Below, piece by piece: positions 29,380 to 43,600 of a DNA stretch of 64,000 nucleotides (the stretch's first letter is position 1; each line of letters starts with the position of its first letter). Below the pieces are notes generated by a model. That model saw only the letters and a program-made list of their open reading frames with translations, was not told where the DNA came from and ran no database searches. The DNA lies in the NCBI GenBank assembly GCA_965153455.1, contig OZ234493.1:16048213-16112212 (forward strand). Direction: 5' to 3'. The DNA is from Sphagnum compactum (Eukaryota). Made by a program: the position numbers and the translations under genes.

Positions 29380-29675
29380 CGTGCAAGAAAGTATTTCCTT
29401 AGAATTTCAATCAATCTGATTTGTTTATCAACTCACAACTTTGGGTTTGAAGGAAGTGAATTCACAACAAGAAAAAAACTATTTTAAATCTAATTTAATC
29501 GAGGCAAGAAAGTACTTAATTAAAATTTCCTTAAAGCTCATTTGTTATTCTCCGCTCACAACTTGGATTTGAAGGAACCCAATTTCAAAATGGAAGAAAA
29601 GCGAATTCACAATTGAAACTATTTTTCGAATCAAATTGAGCAAAGAAAGTACTCAATTAGTTAGTACCTACGCAA

Positions 29676-29840
29676 GGTGCATTCACACTTGGAATTAGGG
29701 ACTTTAGTGTCGAGTCCCCTAAAACCGTGCTAGTCATTTAGGACTTACATCTACTTACTTATCATGAACAATTTATGTTAAGTTATACATTCACATAACA
29801 TTAAGCTTTCGCTTCATTTAACATTGAGTGTAAATGCACC
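29676..29840. mobile_element. Small MITE, 165 bp
   Basis: 14-bp TIRs ggtgcattcacact / agtgtaaatgcacc. TSD unclear. Confidence 0.5.
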
Positions 29841-30508
29841 ATTAGTTAGAACTTTGATCCCGATTTAATTTAATTTAATAGACCGTTAAATTTCAACAAC
29901 TAGTTTGAGATTTCTCAAGGTCCCATTTGTTTGTTGTGCACCAGATTCATTGACTTTCCAGGGCTGTGCAGTTTGTTCAGTAGGACAAGCAGAGTACCTA
30001 TTGTCATCAAAGGACAACTTTCATCTTCTTCTTTTGTTTCTGAACCTCTTTTATTTGAAAGACTTTTAAAAACCCCATATTATTCTATATAAACTATAAA
30101 CATGAAAAACTAAGCTTTGTTTGGGATATGGATAAGTGTGAACTTGTAAGTAAAGTGAGAATCAAAAGATAAATGCATCATGAAGAGCACTGTTTAAGAT
30201 ATACTTGATACTTTCCAAAGAGGATTGAAGATGATGATGAGGAGTGATGCGTCTTTTGTAAACTCGACAAAAAAGACAACACTCTTCGAGAAAATTGGCG
30301 ATTGGCTTAGCGAACTAGAAAAGCGTTTCATGTCCACCCACCATCCCTTCCCTTCCCTTCCCTCTCTCTTCAGTTCACTCTGGCCTTGGATTGGATCAAA
30401 AGGCCAAAAGAGTGAACCAGCACCCATCCGCACACCATGGAAGATGGATGATATGTGTGGATTGCAAAAAACACTTTTTCATCGTATTCTTGTCCCATGG
30501 CTAAGATA

Positions 30509-31249
30509 ACCATGATGGTTGGTTAATGTCTAACCATACACATTCGTCTACCTACCTAGTAAACATTGTGCGCCTTACCTACTTACCTACCTACAAAGTA
30601 AACCATTTACATTTTTTTACAATGTCTTCCTTGTCCCATATCTAACCACCATGGTTGGATATGTACTTAACCATCCACATGGATCTACCTACCTTCTATT
30701 CACCGAGCACCTCACCTATTTGGTCACCTACATAGTAACCACTTAAATGCTTGTTTGTTGGATTCCTCGTCCAATTGGTAACCACTATGGTTGGATACAT
30801 ACTAATAATCATTCACATACATCTAAATCCACCAAGTGCCTTATCTACCTACAAAGTAAATCACATACATTCCCTACCTTCTTACCTATAATACTTGCTT
30901 ATAGAGGTACTTACCACTTACATTTGTAGCATGAGGGAGAATTAAAAGGATTTACAAGATAGGTTACCCAAGTAGTCATGGGTAGTTCATCCCCAACTGA
31001 GTTACCAAGGTTCCACCGTGGTAACCTATCCTACAAACAACCCTATTTCCACATCACACTATTATATGACGGGTAATGACTTATGTAAGTGGGTAGGTAC
31101 ATATAGTAGGTAAGTAGGTAGGAAATGTTAGTGGTTCCTGTGTATATGTATAGGGAGTTTAAAAGAGAGGAAATAAAAAAGCATTTGGTGTCCACTAAAT
31201 AGATAGGTAGATAGATGTGGATGGTTAGTACATAGCTAACCACCATGGT
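30509..31249. mobile_element. TA-flanked TIR element with tacc-rich arms (~740 bp)
   Basis: TA|accatgatggttggtta...taaccaccatggt|TA with long imperfect inverted arms. The left-arm motif recurs at ~30643 and ~30779, and a related end lies near 8610. Confidence 0.5.
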
Positions 31250-31772
31250 TAGTTTAGCTACAAGACAATGAAAAAGTGTTTCCTATTCACACATCATCCA
31301 TCCTGCATGTGCTTGTTGGGTCACATAATAATCCAATATACAATGTCAAAAATCTTTTAAGCCCGAAGCTATGTAACTACGTACCTACTTACTTAACTAC
31401 CTACCTAACTGATTTAGGTACACTCTCTTCTTTGTCTTTTAGGTAATACCTAGTACATCATTTCACCTAGTACATGATTGTTTTCTCTTTGTTGACATTA
31501 GGAGGGTATGGCATTAAATCCTCCTTGGTTTTTGCAAACACTTTGTATGGTTCACAAAACTCTCATTGGCACCAGCCAGACTGATTGATGATGCTCATAA
31601 AAACATTCTTGGGTAAGGACTAAGGACTCTCTCTCTCTCTCTTTCTCTCTCTCTCAACAGTGCTGCTGCAGCTGCAACAAACACTTTTTTTTGGGTGCTG
31701 ACCCTTTTTAGTCCTTAGTGTTTTTTTTATAATCAATTTTGTTTTTGTTTTATGTTTTGCCTTCAACTCTAA

Positions 31773-32313
31773 AAGCATCTCCAGCAGTGCTCAGTATGTG
31801 ACCCTGCACAAATATTTTTCACATCCAAGTTTAGTTATTTATTTTCTTTTTTTTGGCAACCCCACCCATAAAACTGTTGCAACTGGGAGAGCAAATAGGT
31901 GAGGGACTAGTAATAGCAAACTGGACTCCGACCAATCATTATGATGGACCAATCAGAAACACTGAGCAGCAGTCAGATCATTTTTCTATAAGAAATTTCG
32001 TTTTGTTTTATGTTTGCCTTCAACTCTAAAAGCATCTCCAGCAGTGCTCCGTATGTGACCCTGCACAGATGTTTTTCACATCCAAGTTTAGTCATTTACT
32101 TCTTTTTTTTCGGCAACCCCACCCATAAAACTGCAACTGGGAGAGCAAATAGGTGAGAGACTAGTAATAGCAAACTGGACTCCGACCAATCATTATGATG
32201 GACCAATCAGAAACACTGAGCAGCAGTCAGATCATTTTATTACACTCTTTTTTGCAGGTGCACAGCACTAACTATGCGGCAGGGTCACATATTGAGCACC
32301 ACTGGAGATGCTC
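31773..32313 (+). mobile_element. Tourist/PIF-Harbinger MITE (32030-32313) preceded by a tandem partial duplicate (31773-31983)
   Basis: TAA|aagcatctcca...tggagatgctc|TAA. The upstream copy repeats the flank plus the 5' ~210 bp. Same family as 49221-49591. Confidence 0.85.
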
Positions 32314-34962
32314 TAACCTCACCTACTTACTACCCTCATCTTGCCCTGCACTAACTTGGTATTCATAACCCTGGCACACATGTTGATTGGCTTACCTACC
32401 TACTACACTCCCCCCCCCCCAAGCTACCTACCTACCTACCTTAAATGACCTACTATCTACCCACACTCGTCTACCTACCTTAAATGACCTGTTAGCTCCC
32501 CCAGGGCCCCTCAATACCTACCTACCTAATACTAGGTACATATCTCCCCTAACCCACCTACTTTCTACAGACTTACAACGAACTAAACCTACTAACACCA
32601 ATTTTCTTATCAAATAAAAGTCTTTTTATAATTGTGATTTTTTGAGGCCTCCTCTAAGAACTCTAAACATTCAACCTCCACCCTTGTAGTTGGCTTTGGA
32701 AAAATTTGGAAATAAAACACATGTGAAAATTATTTAATCCCTAGTAGTACCCTTACTAAGTGTACCCTAATGGTATACCTTAATAATTACATGGACAAAC
32801 TTAAGCCCTATGTATGGAAAGATTTTTAAGTATGAATGTTCCAAAAACAACTTGCTTTACTTTAAGCTTGACCATTGCCAATAACAACTAGGTCTATCAT
32901 TATCCCACCATATGGAAGATTTGCTTCTCCATTTGACCTATCAGCTCCAATAATTAGCACAACAACATCATCAGCTATGAAATTAAACATGAACATACAC
33001 CAAACCCTAAATTTATGAGGATTTTGCATTCATGAACATGACATGAAATCATGATATTATGATATTATTTCCACCACTACTTGGGTATTGTAGTGAAAAA
33101 TTAGGCGAAAATATATCCCACCCCTTGTTTACATGGAAAGGGAAGGTGGATGAAGCTAAAGAAAGCTTGAATATCAATGGTATATGTAATGAAATATCTT
33201 TAAACCTAACCCCCATTCTTTGGCAATATTTATTAACATTTAGTCGTCATCATTTGAAATCGTAACGGTAGGCACTTAACTTCACAACTTAACCCATGTA
33301 ATTTTCTTCTTGATTTGCTTCATTAGATGCAACAATTGTTTCTTCAAATACAACACAATTCAATAATCAATCAAAACCAAAGAATGGAAACCCTCCAAAC
33401 CCTTCCCAATATATCAAACTATTAAATTTTTGAAATGTAAACGATGGGGTATTGCTAGGATATCATTGGCCTAACATAAAAGTGAATGAAAGTATTGCAT
33501 ATATGAAAACACTTTAGAAACAAATCACACGACATTCTTATTTTGTGAAAAGAAAACACAAACCTACCATTTGTTCTTTGCACTTGAAACATTGCTCACA
33601 TTGAGCATGGGGGAATGAGAAGTAGATGGTCACTAGCGGGTGTTGGTGTGAAGGGTATATTAGTTAAGGGGGCACATAAATAACAACTTGCAACCTTGGT
33701 TCCTCTATAAAAAGAGGCATTGGTTCATATATTGTAATAATTTTTATTTTTTTATTGTTGCCTTAGTTGGTGGAGTGGACATTTAGTCCAATCAAGGACG
33801 GTGCAATTTTTATTCTCCTATTAAAAGAGGCACCAACTCATATATTACAATAAATAATTATTTTCCTAATTGTTGCTTTAGTTGGTGGAATGGACATTTG
33901 GTCATCAATATACAAAAATGGCATAACCCAACATGGCTTCAACTTCTTGCAACACGACGTCAAGTTATCAAAAATCAATGAAGGTAAGCAAATGCAAAGA
34001 AAATTGCAAAGACAAATTTTTTTTAAAATCCACATTCAAACCTCCATAGGAAAAATAGAAAGTGCACCATGTGTATTCAAATCGATATTTCCCAAAAATT
34101 GATTATTCAATGACAACTCACAATGCAAATTTTAGCTCCATACATCATTGGAAACACAACAAAAGTCATAATTGTGATTGAAGCTCAACTATTTGCATGT
34201 CTTCCATCATACAATATCAACACCTTATTCATGAGCAAACCAACATGAAGCATTGAAATCGAAGTTGTTGTAGCCAAATGAAAAGGTCGTATTTCTTAAG
34301 CTTATCTCATTATTTGTTCATACAACTTAAAATCAACATGAAAGAAAGCTTTGAGCATAATTTTCATCAGCACCAAGTACAAGTGACATCACAAATAAAA
34401 TTAGACACCAACAAGCTTTTGCAACTTCAAGATCACACCAACCTCAAAATTGAAAAAAGGCTCCTCCTTGAACATCACAACTTTTTGATAAAAACACAAA
34501 GTATAACACAACAATTTCGTGTTGCAACTTTTTATTGAAAAAAACATGAAAAAACATTTGTTGCAACTAACCTAAATAAATAAATAAATAAATAAATAGT
34601 GTGACAACACGACACTGCAAAGCTACAAGCTCATCAACAAAACACAAGCCAAAAAATATTTGTTTAAAAAAAAAACAGCTTGCCACTCATAGCTTGTCAA
34701 GGGAAAAAAAAAAAACATAATAAAAAAGCAATGCAACAACATTAGGCTACAAGGAGTTGCAAGCTTGTTAACCCAAAAGGAAAAAAATGAAAAATTAGGC
34801 GGGTGCAAGAGTGAGGAAGGGCACGAAAAGGAAACAAGTAGGTAGGAGATTGGTAGGAAGGTAGGAGATGAGAAGGAGTGTAGAAGGAGGTAGGTAGGTA
34901 GGTCAAGTCATTATTAGGTGGGTAGGTCAAGGAGGGGTCAGCAAAGGGAAAGAAAATTCTTA

Positions 34963-34989
34963 AAACCCTAAACCCTAAACCCTAAACCC
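34963..34989. repeat. Short interstitial telomeric repeat (CCCTAAA)3+
   Basis: aaaccctaaaccctaaaccctaaaccc. Confidence 0.8.
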
Positions 34990-36509
34990 ACACCACCCCC
35001 CCAAGTGAGACTTGGGTTAGGGTTTTCATCCAACGACCCCCAAAAACGAGAAAATGGGGATGACATGTTTGTGGGTGCTGGGTCACTTCAGCCCCGACAA
35101 AAGAAGTGAAGAATAGGCCTACTCCATGTATGTAAGACCCGAGTTAGTTGTTGGGTGGTCTCCCCGAGCTCACACCATTTAACCTAATCGACACCCATTT
35201 AACCTAATTGGCACCCATTTTGTTGCAATTGATTATTGACTTCCCTGTACCATTACCATAATCTTTTGTCTCCCACACCATTCGGTATCATCACCTACCC
35301 CCTTTGTTTTTAAGAAGTTGGACTTGCTCACAATTTGTCACATGAACATCACATCTCTCTCTCTCTCTCTTCTCTCTCTCACACACACTCTCTTCCTCTC
35401 TCTCCTTATACTTAAAACCTTCTTTTGTTGGGATGATTTTGGATTGTAACTTAAAGAGGTTATGGCAATGTTATTGTGATGTGTTATTGACTAAACGGGT
35501 TTTTCTTAGTTGGGTTTTAGTACTCGTATAGTTACAAAGTAGGATCTTAGCCTCAAGAGTAGTTTTTTTTTTTTTCAAAAAACTAAAAAACCATCTTTAC
35601 CTCTATTTGAAGCTTGAGGTCTATTAGAAATCTGGTCCAATCTACTCACCCATGAATTTCATTTAATTTAAATGAATTTAATTATGTTATATTAATTTAA
35701 ATTTTAAAATTGTTGAAATTTCAACCATTTATTGTTTATATACACCCCCAAAAAAATTTGATCAAAAAAATTTGGCCAAAATCAAGCAAAGGGATGATGA
35801 ATCATAAAATAGCTCTAGTGGATTTTTTGAATGAGGATCCTTTTTTTTAAAGCTGTTTCCTTCATATTATTATTATTTTATTAATTCCTCTTTTTAAGGG
35901 GGGGAAGGGGGTGGGGGGGGGGGGTGGGGTATTTTCAATTTGAAATAATTTTACAAGTGTTTCAATCGACCAATGTCTACATATCGTGATAATACTTAGA
36001 AGTACTTAATTAGAAATAAGTAATTAGAATAGCAATTATTTACTTATTTATTTATTAAAGTACTCTTAACGGTTTTCCCAACTTTTTTTGGTCAAAGTTT
36101 GAAGGGCCCCCTCCCCACCCACCAACCCACCCCGACACAAACAAAAAAAAAAAAACAACAACAACAACAAAAGCCTTGAAGAAATGGATACGGAACATAG
36201 AACTTAATAATGGATCGATAATATGTGCACTTGGTGCTAACAAATCAAAATCTAACGAACTAGATCCTTATGGACGACTAGTCACTAGAGGTCGTTTCAA
36301 ACACAATTATCGACAAAAAAATTTGTGCCAACAAGTCCGAACGAAAAAAATGATTAGTTATGAGAGAGATTGAAACGGTTGTGAAATTCTAGGAAAAATT
36401 TCGTACAATTACTTGAACCGTAGCCCCATTGAAACATGGAAGACTCCAAAAACGAACCCATCCGGGCTTCATAAAATATATTGTTGGCACAAGACAATGG
36501 GTGGCATTG

Positions 36510-36750
36510 CCTATAATTCATTCATCCGCTCCTAGTATGATAGACTTCATCAACAAGCAAAGACAAGTCCTCTACTGACATCTCTCATACTCCATGTTCT
36601 ACAAGAAATCGCCTATAATTCATTCATCCGCTCCTAGTATGATAGACTTCATCAACAAGCAAAGACAAGTCCTCAACTAGCATCTTTCATACTCCATGTT
36701 CTACAAGAAATTGTCTATAATTCATTCATCCGTTCCTAGTATGATAGACA
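36510..36750. repeat. Tandem repeat, ~101-bp unit x2.4
   Basis: ctataattcattcatccgctcctagtatgatagac recurs near 36511, 36613 and 36715. Confidence 0.9.
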
Positions 36751-37095
36751 TCCATTGATGTGTTGGTGGGTGCTCGTTCATTCAATCCATCCGAGACCTC
36801 TAAACATGTATAATAAAGCAATATGTGCATGATTGAGGTGTGAATCACATGATCACATCATGGATGAATGAATGAATGAATTCAGCATGGATGAACGCAT
36901 GTTCCGTGTCGGAATGTGCCTCCAAATACAAAAGGCAAATTCTCCGGAGTGCTTTACGCTTATAAATTAAAGTTGCTAGCATAATAATAATTAAGATCAA
37001 TTACGACTGATTAAGCCTTGTCGTTTTTACGGCTCCTAAGACTATTTTGAAATGTGGGTTAAGGTTATGATAAGGCTAATTAAGATTATTTTATA

Positions 37096-37228
37096 GGTTG
37101 TTTAGTGTTTTTCGAATGCCGATTAAGGGTTTCCTAGGGGTTGTTTAGTGTTTTTCGAATGCCGATTAAGGGTTTCCTAGGGGTTGTTTAGTGTTTTTCG
37201 AATGCCAATTAAGGGGTTTCCTAGGGGC
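37096..37228. repeat. Tandem repeat, ~43-bp unit x3
   Basis: ggttgtttagtgtttttcgaatgccgattaagggtttcctagg repeated three times. Confidence 0.9.
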
Positions 37229-38649
37229 TGATTAATATCGTCCCAGAGCTAATTAGGACTAACCACAGTTCTCAGTTAGGGTTTGACACTTTTCCAACCC
37301 CAGTTCCAATTCGATATAATTTATTTACTCACTCCGGGCACTAGCTTTTCGTTCAAAAGAAAATTATTTATAATCCGAAAGAAAGACCGATTTCCAGGCT
37401 CGGTTGCATACAAGCAATTTTCCGAGTTCAACTATTTGGAAAATTAGTTTTTGATTTTTTAGTTTTTTTCCTGGTTAATTCTAGTCAATTAAAAACCGGA
37501 ACGTGACCTTAACCGGCAGTTAAACCGAGGTAACTCTGAGTTAAGTGACCTCTCTCATCGGCCTGGATAAAGACCGCGCGGCTTAATGAATAATTGCAGC
37601 AACGAGAAGGCAAGCATTATTATGAAACCCGTGTTCGTTCCGGTAACACATAGTTTGCTACAATCGGAAAATGTCAAGGACATGGGAAAAAGCCCCTTTG
37701 GACCCATTGCAGCCGCTCTCAAGGGAAATTGTTATTGTTAATTGCATCTCGAGAAGAGCTCTTCGGAGGTGTTTAATGTCCGCAGTTGTGGGTATTGGGG
37801 GTGGGGGGGGGGGGAGGGGGGGGAGGGATTACGATAGATACCGTCGTCTGTAGTTAGGGTTTTTTTTTTGGTTTCAATTTTGTGTTGTTGCCAAATTGGT
37901 GATTATACACAAGAGGATTTAGCCAAATTTGGCTATAGACCAAATGTGCTAAGAATTTCTTTTAATGTTTTGGCTACCTGTTGGAACCCTGTTGTACAAA
38001 TCTGGCGATTCAGAATTTTCCTTTTCAAAATCTGGTGAATAATTGAAGGAATTGTCTTAAATTTCAAAAACAATCCTTTGTATGCATCAAAATCGTATTT
38101 TTCAGGTCAAAAGAAAAATATTTTTATTTTTGCCACCCATTAAAATAAAATAAAAAAACCACTGCGAAAGATAGTACCTTGGCATCTTTGACACTTATAA
38201 CCATATTATATATGTAGAAAGATTATTTTCCCCAAAAAATCAAAATAAAAATCACTTTTCTAAGGGGAAAAAAAAAATTGTGAAGGGAAAATAATTTTTT
38301 GTTTTCAAAACAATATTCAAAAATAATCTATTGTCAACATGGAATCTTTAATTTTTTATTAATTAATTAATTAATTAATTGACAGACATGTGTTGAAGCT
38401 GCCCCCTCTTTCCTTTGAAGGAGGCTAATAAAAGATTGGCAGATGCTTAGCTATGATGAGTGTGTAGTAGTAGAAGACATCACCCGAGCATTAAAAAATC
38501 AGACCCATCATTTTGCAGCTCCTCATCACATGTGTTATGGTGTTTTGCCAGAAGAGAATAATCATTCACCCCCTGAGGTCTCAGGGGAAAGCCCAGGTCT
38601 CTGCCTTTCTGTGGAAGTTTTGTCCGGACTAGAACAGTTGTAGGTGTAA

Positions 38650-39144
38650 CTAATAAGTAAAATGATCAAACATGAAAACCCTAATCTTATGACTATTAAG
38701 TGAGGATCAAACAATCGAACATGGAAACCCTAATCGTATCACTAATAAGTAAGGATCAAACCATCAAACATGGAAACCCTAATCTTATAACCAAATAAGT
38801 AAGGATCAAATGCGCAAACATGGAAACCCTAATCTTATAACCAAATAAGTAAGGATCAAATGCGCAAACATGGAAACCCTAATCTTATGACTAATAAGTA
38901 AGGATCAAACAATCGAACATGAAAACCCTAATCGTATCACTATTAAGTAAGGATCGAACAATTGAACATGGAAACCCTACTCGTATCACTAAGCATCAAA
39001 CATGGAAACCCTAATCTTATAACTAAATAAGTAAGGATCAAATGCGCAAACATGGAAACCCTAATCTTATGGCTAATGAATACGGATCAAACTATCAAAC
39101 ATGAAAACCCTACCTAAGATTAGGGTTTCCATGTTTGATCATTT
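38650..39144. repeat. Telobox-containing ~49-bp tandem array (about 10 units) closed by an inverted copy
   Basis: Unit aataagtaaggatcaaa...acatggaaaccctaatcttat. 39115-39144 is the reverse complement of 38660-38689 with one mismatch. Confidence 0.9.
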
Positions 39145-40464
39145 GACCTTTGGTTTTTGGGGAATATTGTTTTCAAAAGCTCTTGCGCCACCGGAACCAA
39201 CCCAACCTTGATCATGGGAATATGTATCTATTAAGGGAGGAATGAGTTAATTAGTCACAATGAGATCTCCCAAACCATGGTGCATCCCCTTTCACTCTTC
39301 TACCATTGGAAAGCCCTTTGATGAAAAGGGGGTGCATCAAGGTTGTTTCATAATGTTTAGACTTAGGATGCATGTGTTATTGAATATTGAACAATTTTGT
39401 CATTGAAAACTCAATAAAATCAAAACTAAAATCTTTAAGAGAATTGGGGTGCGCTCTTGGTATTGTTGGAAAGCCCCTTGATGAGTAGGATTTTATAGAG
39501 GCTATTTTGTAATTTTAAAACCTAAGGTGCAAGAGATATTAAATTTCGGGTAACATTTTTGTCATTGGAAAGTCTATAAAAACTCCACAAAATCAAAACT
39601 AAAAAAAATCTAGAGTTCACACTTGAGCCAACACCATAGGCCATATTGGTTCTCACAATCAGGTGTTACAAAGTTGTTGAGAATTCTCCCATGATCGAGT
39701 GTCAAAAATTTAGGGTTTTTGAGATTATTTACAAAAAACCCCTAACACTCCTAAATTCTAATCCATCTTATACCACGAATAATAATGGCTAAGGATATTG
39801 GTCTTTTTGGCTATTTATTGCATATGAAACTCCTCAAACTCCATTTTCGGAACGCCATGCTCTAAGGGTGTTGTTATTTGACATAAATGTACCAACATTA
39901 TTTTATTTTATTTTTCCATCTTTCTTGTGATACTAGCATGGTGTCTTGTTTTTTTGCAAAGGAAAAATTGCACTTGATAATATGTGCCACCCAAATATAC
40001 ACTAAAAGTTTTCTGCTAGTGCTTTACAATGCCCTAATTAGCAAGTAAAGACCTCAACTAAGACTTACCCTTTATCAAATAATAAAAATAATAATAACAT
40101 TCATTATCCAAAAAGAAATTTGTCACACAAAATTAGAATTTCACTTGGATGTTATATCACACTGGTAGAAACCCCAAATGGGGTTTAAGTTGCTTCTAAC
40201 CATGGTAAATATTGGGTCCTAAAGTTAAACCATGGTTTAACTTTTTTAGAGGGTTTAACCATGGATGAAAATATGCCCTCTAAAAGGCCCAATTCCAGAA
40301 GGTGAAGGTTCTAGGGTTCTAGGGTTGTGGTTCAACCTGGCCAGACAGAAACCACCCAACCCCCCCCCCCCCCCATGAAGGACCAAAAATGGCTTCAATT
40401 TGTAAAGTCCTGGAGCAAGGGGGGGATCAGGCCCCTGATTAGGGTTTAAGGAAGTAAAAACAAA

Positions 40465-40612
40465 AAACCCTAAACTAGTCATGAACCCTAAACCCTAAAG
40501 TAGTCATGAGCCCTAAACCCTAAACCCTAAACTAGTCATGAATCCTAAACCCTAGACCCTAAACTAGACATGAACCCTAAACTAGACATGAACCTTAAAA
40601 CTAGTCATGAAC
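40465..40612. repeat. Telomere-derived minisatellite: CCCTAAA units interleaved with CTAGTCATGAA
   Basis: aaaccctaaactagtcatgaaccctaaaccctaaagtagtcatgagccctaaaccctaaaccctaaactagtcatga... Confidence 0.85.
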
Positions 40613-43600
40613 TCAACTTACAAGGGACTTTATTCATTTTTATTACCTGACAAACTTGTCATTCAAGGGTACACTTGAAATACCCCTGTTGTCAGTTAGC
40701 CCTTTCCCAAGCACCATAATGAGGGAGAGGTTAGTTGTTGGTGCTAGCTAGATACTTTGTTTCATTTTTAGACAAAGAGATAATAATAATAATAGATGCT
40801 CATGTAGTTTAGTCACTACTATAACTACTCCACATAAACACCCCCCCCCCCCCCCTTCCCCCCCAAAACTAGGGAGGAAATTATTATTATAATAGTTAGT
40901 TGGTAACTTGGGGATTTTTGTTGTTCCCAATGTGTTCCTCAACATGTTCCCAATAACACCCCCACTTTGTAACATATCCTTTGTCCTAAGTTCTAATATA
41001 AAATAAAAACAAAAGCCAAAGACTAGTAATATATCTATTTTTGAAATGTTCAAAGCTTTTTTTTCTTTTGAAAAATTTTTATTTATTTTTTATAAAAAAT
41101 TGTGATGGGCCAATTTGTATCAAATGATGCCCATCACAAAAGAAAAACATATTGAACTTTGGGGGGTCCCAAACTCCTTATAACTAATTGATAGAGTTGA
41201 TAATTTAGGAGGTAAATTATATATCATAGTTGGTGACTTGGGTTATATCTTATTAGTTGGGAACTTGGTACCTAGTACCCAATCATCAACTTCACATCCT
41301 TTTAAATTCTCCCTCTTTCTTTTTTCTAATACCTTTGTACATTTTTCCAATCCGCGGTGTGTTTATAAATAAAGTTTTGCAAGGTTTTGATGATTTTGCT
41401 AGGTATCTATTTTTGGGTTTAGATCACAACAACAAAATAAAGAGAAAGACAATTTGTGACAATTATTGCCGACCATATGGGCTGCAATAATTTCAGAAAC
41501 AAAAAAAAAAGGGGGGTGGTGGTGGGCATTAGGAGAACGATAATCATAAGGGAAGATATTTTATTTTATTTTATTTTATAATGATCATGAAACCCTAATT
41601 TTGGCTTGTAGTTTAGGTCTATTTTAATTAGGATTTTTGGATGATTATATTTTTGCATGATGAAATATTTGAGTTTACATAATTTTTCTTTTTTTTTTTT
41701 GCATTAAGATATCTTTTTAATTGTAAATGGCAAGGCCACAATGTGACACACCCCTTCTTGGTTACGGTATTTTGATTCTTGAGAGGATAATAATAAAAAG
41801 ATTATTAATCACAAACTTAGCATTCAACAATCAAATAATGAAAATCATGCAAATTTTATTTATTCATAAGTTTGTACATTTTTTATGCACAAATTATCGA
41901 GAGTTCAAAAAAACATATTTGATATACGAATAAATATGTTGACAAATGTAATACAAATTTATAAATAAAATGAATTTTATATTATTTACATATTCACCTG
42001 GCAATTTTTTTCAATGCACAATATTTGTGTGAGAAACGTATAAATTTTTAAATGAATGAATTTCACATGTTTTTTATTATTAAATCATTGAATATTAAAT
42101 TTATAATTGATAAAAAGATGATTTTACATTAAAAAAAAATCATGTCTAGTTTGTTGGTTTGTGATATATATATGATCCAAATGAGATTACAAAAGAGATT
42201 AGAGAAAGAGATTAGAATTTTATTTTTTATTTTTTTCTTAAAAATGAAATACAAACTTATGAATGAATGAATGAATTTTGCCTTCTTATTTTATATATGT
42301 AAAAAACATATCAATTTATGAATGAACAAATTTTGCACAATTTTCATTATTAAATAATTTATTATTAAATTTATGATTAGTAAAAAGATGATTCATGTAC
42401 GCATCGATTGTTGATTTGTGAGATTTTGTGTTACTAGATTAGAAGAGAGATTAGTGAAAGAGATTAGAGGGATGATTGCAGAATTTGTGTATATAGTTTG
42501 TTGGTGTTGTGGGATTAGAGAAGAGATTAGAGAAGAGATTAGAGAAAGAGATTTAGAGGGATGATTGCAGATTTGTGTATAGTTTGTTGTTGTTGTTGTT
42601 GTGGTGGGATTTGTGCCAGATTAGGGACGTGATTACTCTCTCTCTCTTCTCACTGTGTGTATTTATGTGTCTAAATGGGGGCAGAGGGTGCTTTGCTGAG
42701 ATGAGAAGCACATTGAGAGACAAAGAGACAGAAGAGAGACAGAAGACGAGAGAGAGAGAGAGAGAGAGGAGGATTAGAAGAAGGAAAGAGAAAGTAACAA
42801 AGAAAGAGGCTTCTTGTTGTTGCTGCTGCAAAAAGCATTTAAGACTGTGGTATAAAATCTGATCATCATGCACTGAAGGAAAGAAGAAAGCCAAAAAAAA
42901 AAAAAAAAAAAACCCCATCTGTGCGCAGGACTGCATCATCAAACTTCACAAACTAAGCAAACAAACGAACAATCAAATCAAACCAGTGTGTTTGTTGGAT
43001 TTGTTGTAGTTTCTTTGCTTTGAAGGATTTGAGGATTTGAAGGGATTTTGTGTTGTTGTTGTTGTTGTTGTTGAAGGAAATGGTTTGAAGTTGTCGTGTT
43101 TGTATCATCGGCCGCTTCTTCTTCTTCTTCTTCTTCAGCGTATAGATCCGGCTGCTGGAGTCAGGAAGAAGAAGACGAAGCAGGAGACGAAGAAGAAGGA
43201 GAAGATTGCACAACAAGAAGAACAAGAAAGAGAACAAGAAGAAGAAAGAGTGTTGTTGTTATTATTGTTGTTATGAAGAAAGAAGAAGAGGAGTTACAGG
43301 CTAGAAGAAATCGGCTTCCATTCGCTGCTGTTGTGAGGAGGAGAAGAAGAGGAGGAGAAGGAGGAGGAGTTTGCAACAAGTGGCGGCTTCTTGTAAGAGC
43401 GTCTGGTGTTCTCGTCTCTACAGTTTGCAGGTGATCCGAAGAATTCCTGCTGGCTGCCACGGAGAGAGAAATCTGGTTTGCTGTCTCCTCCCACTCTCAT
43501 TGCTTCAATCTGATCTGATCTGATTCTGAGAGACGAGACAGACAGAGAGCCAGTCTCTCGAGATAGAGAGAAACGAGAGAGACGATAGAAACAGGCGAGA

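Noticed and set aside
32800..34500. Possible hAT transposase remnant on the minus strand (IGQMEKQIFHMVGI)
   Set aside because: Only one weak motif; too decayed to support a call.
42925..42950. Minus-strand resemblance to miR172; also miR156-like gacagaagagag at 42727
   Set aside because: Too many mismatches, low-complexity context and no star arm.
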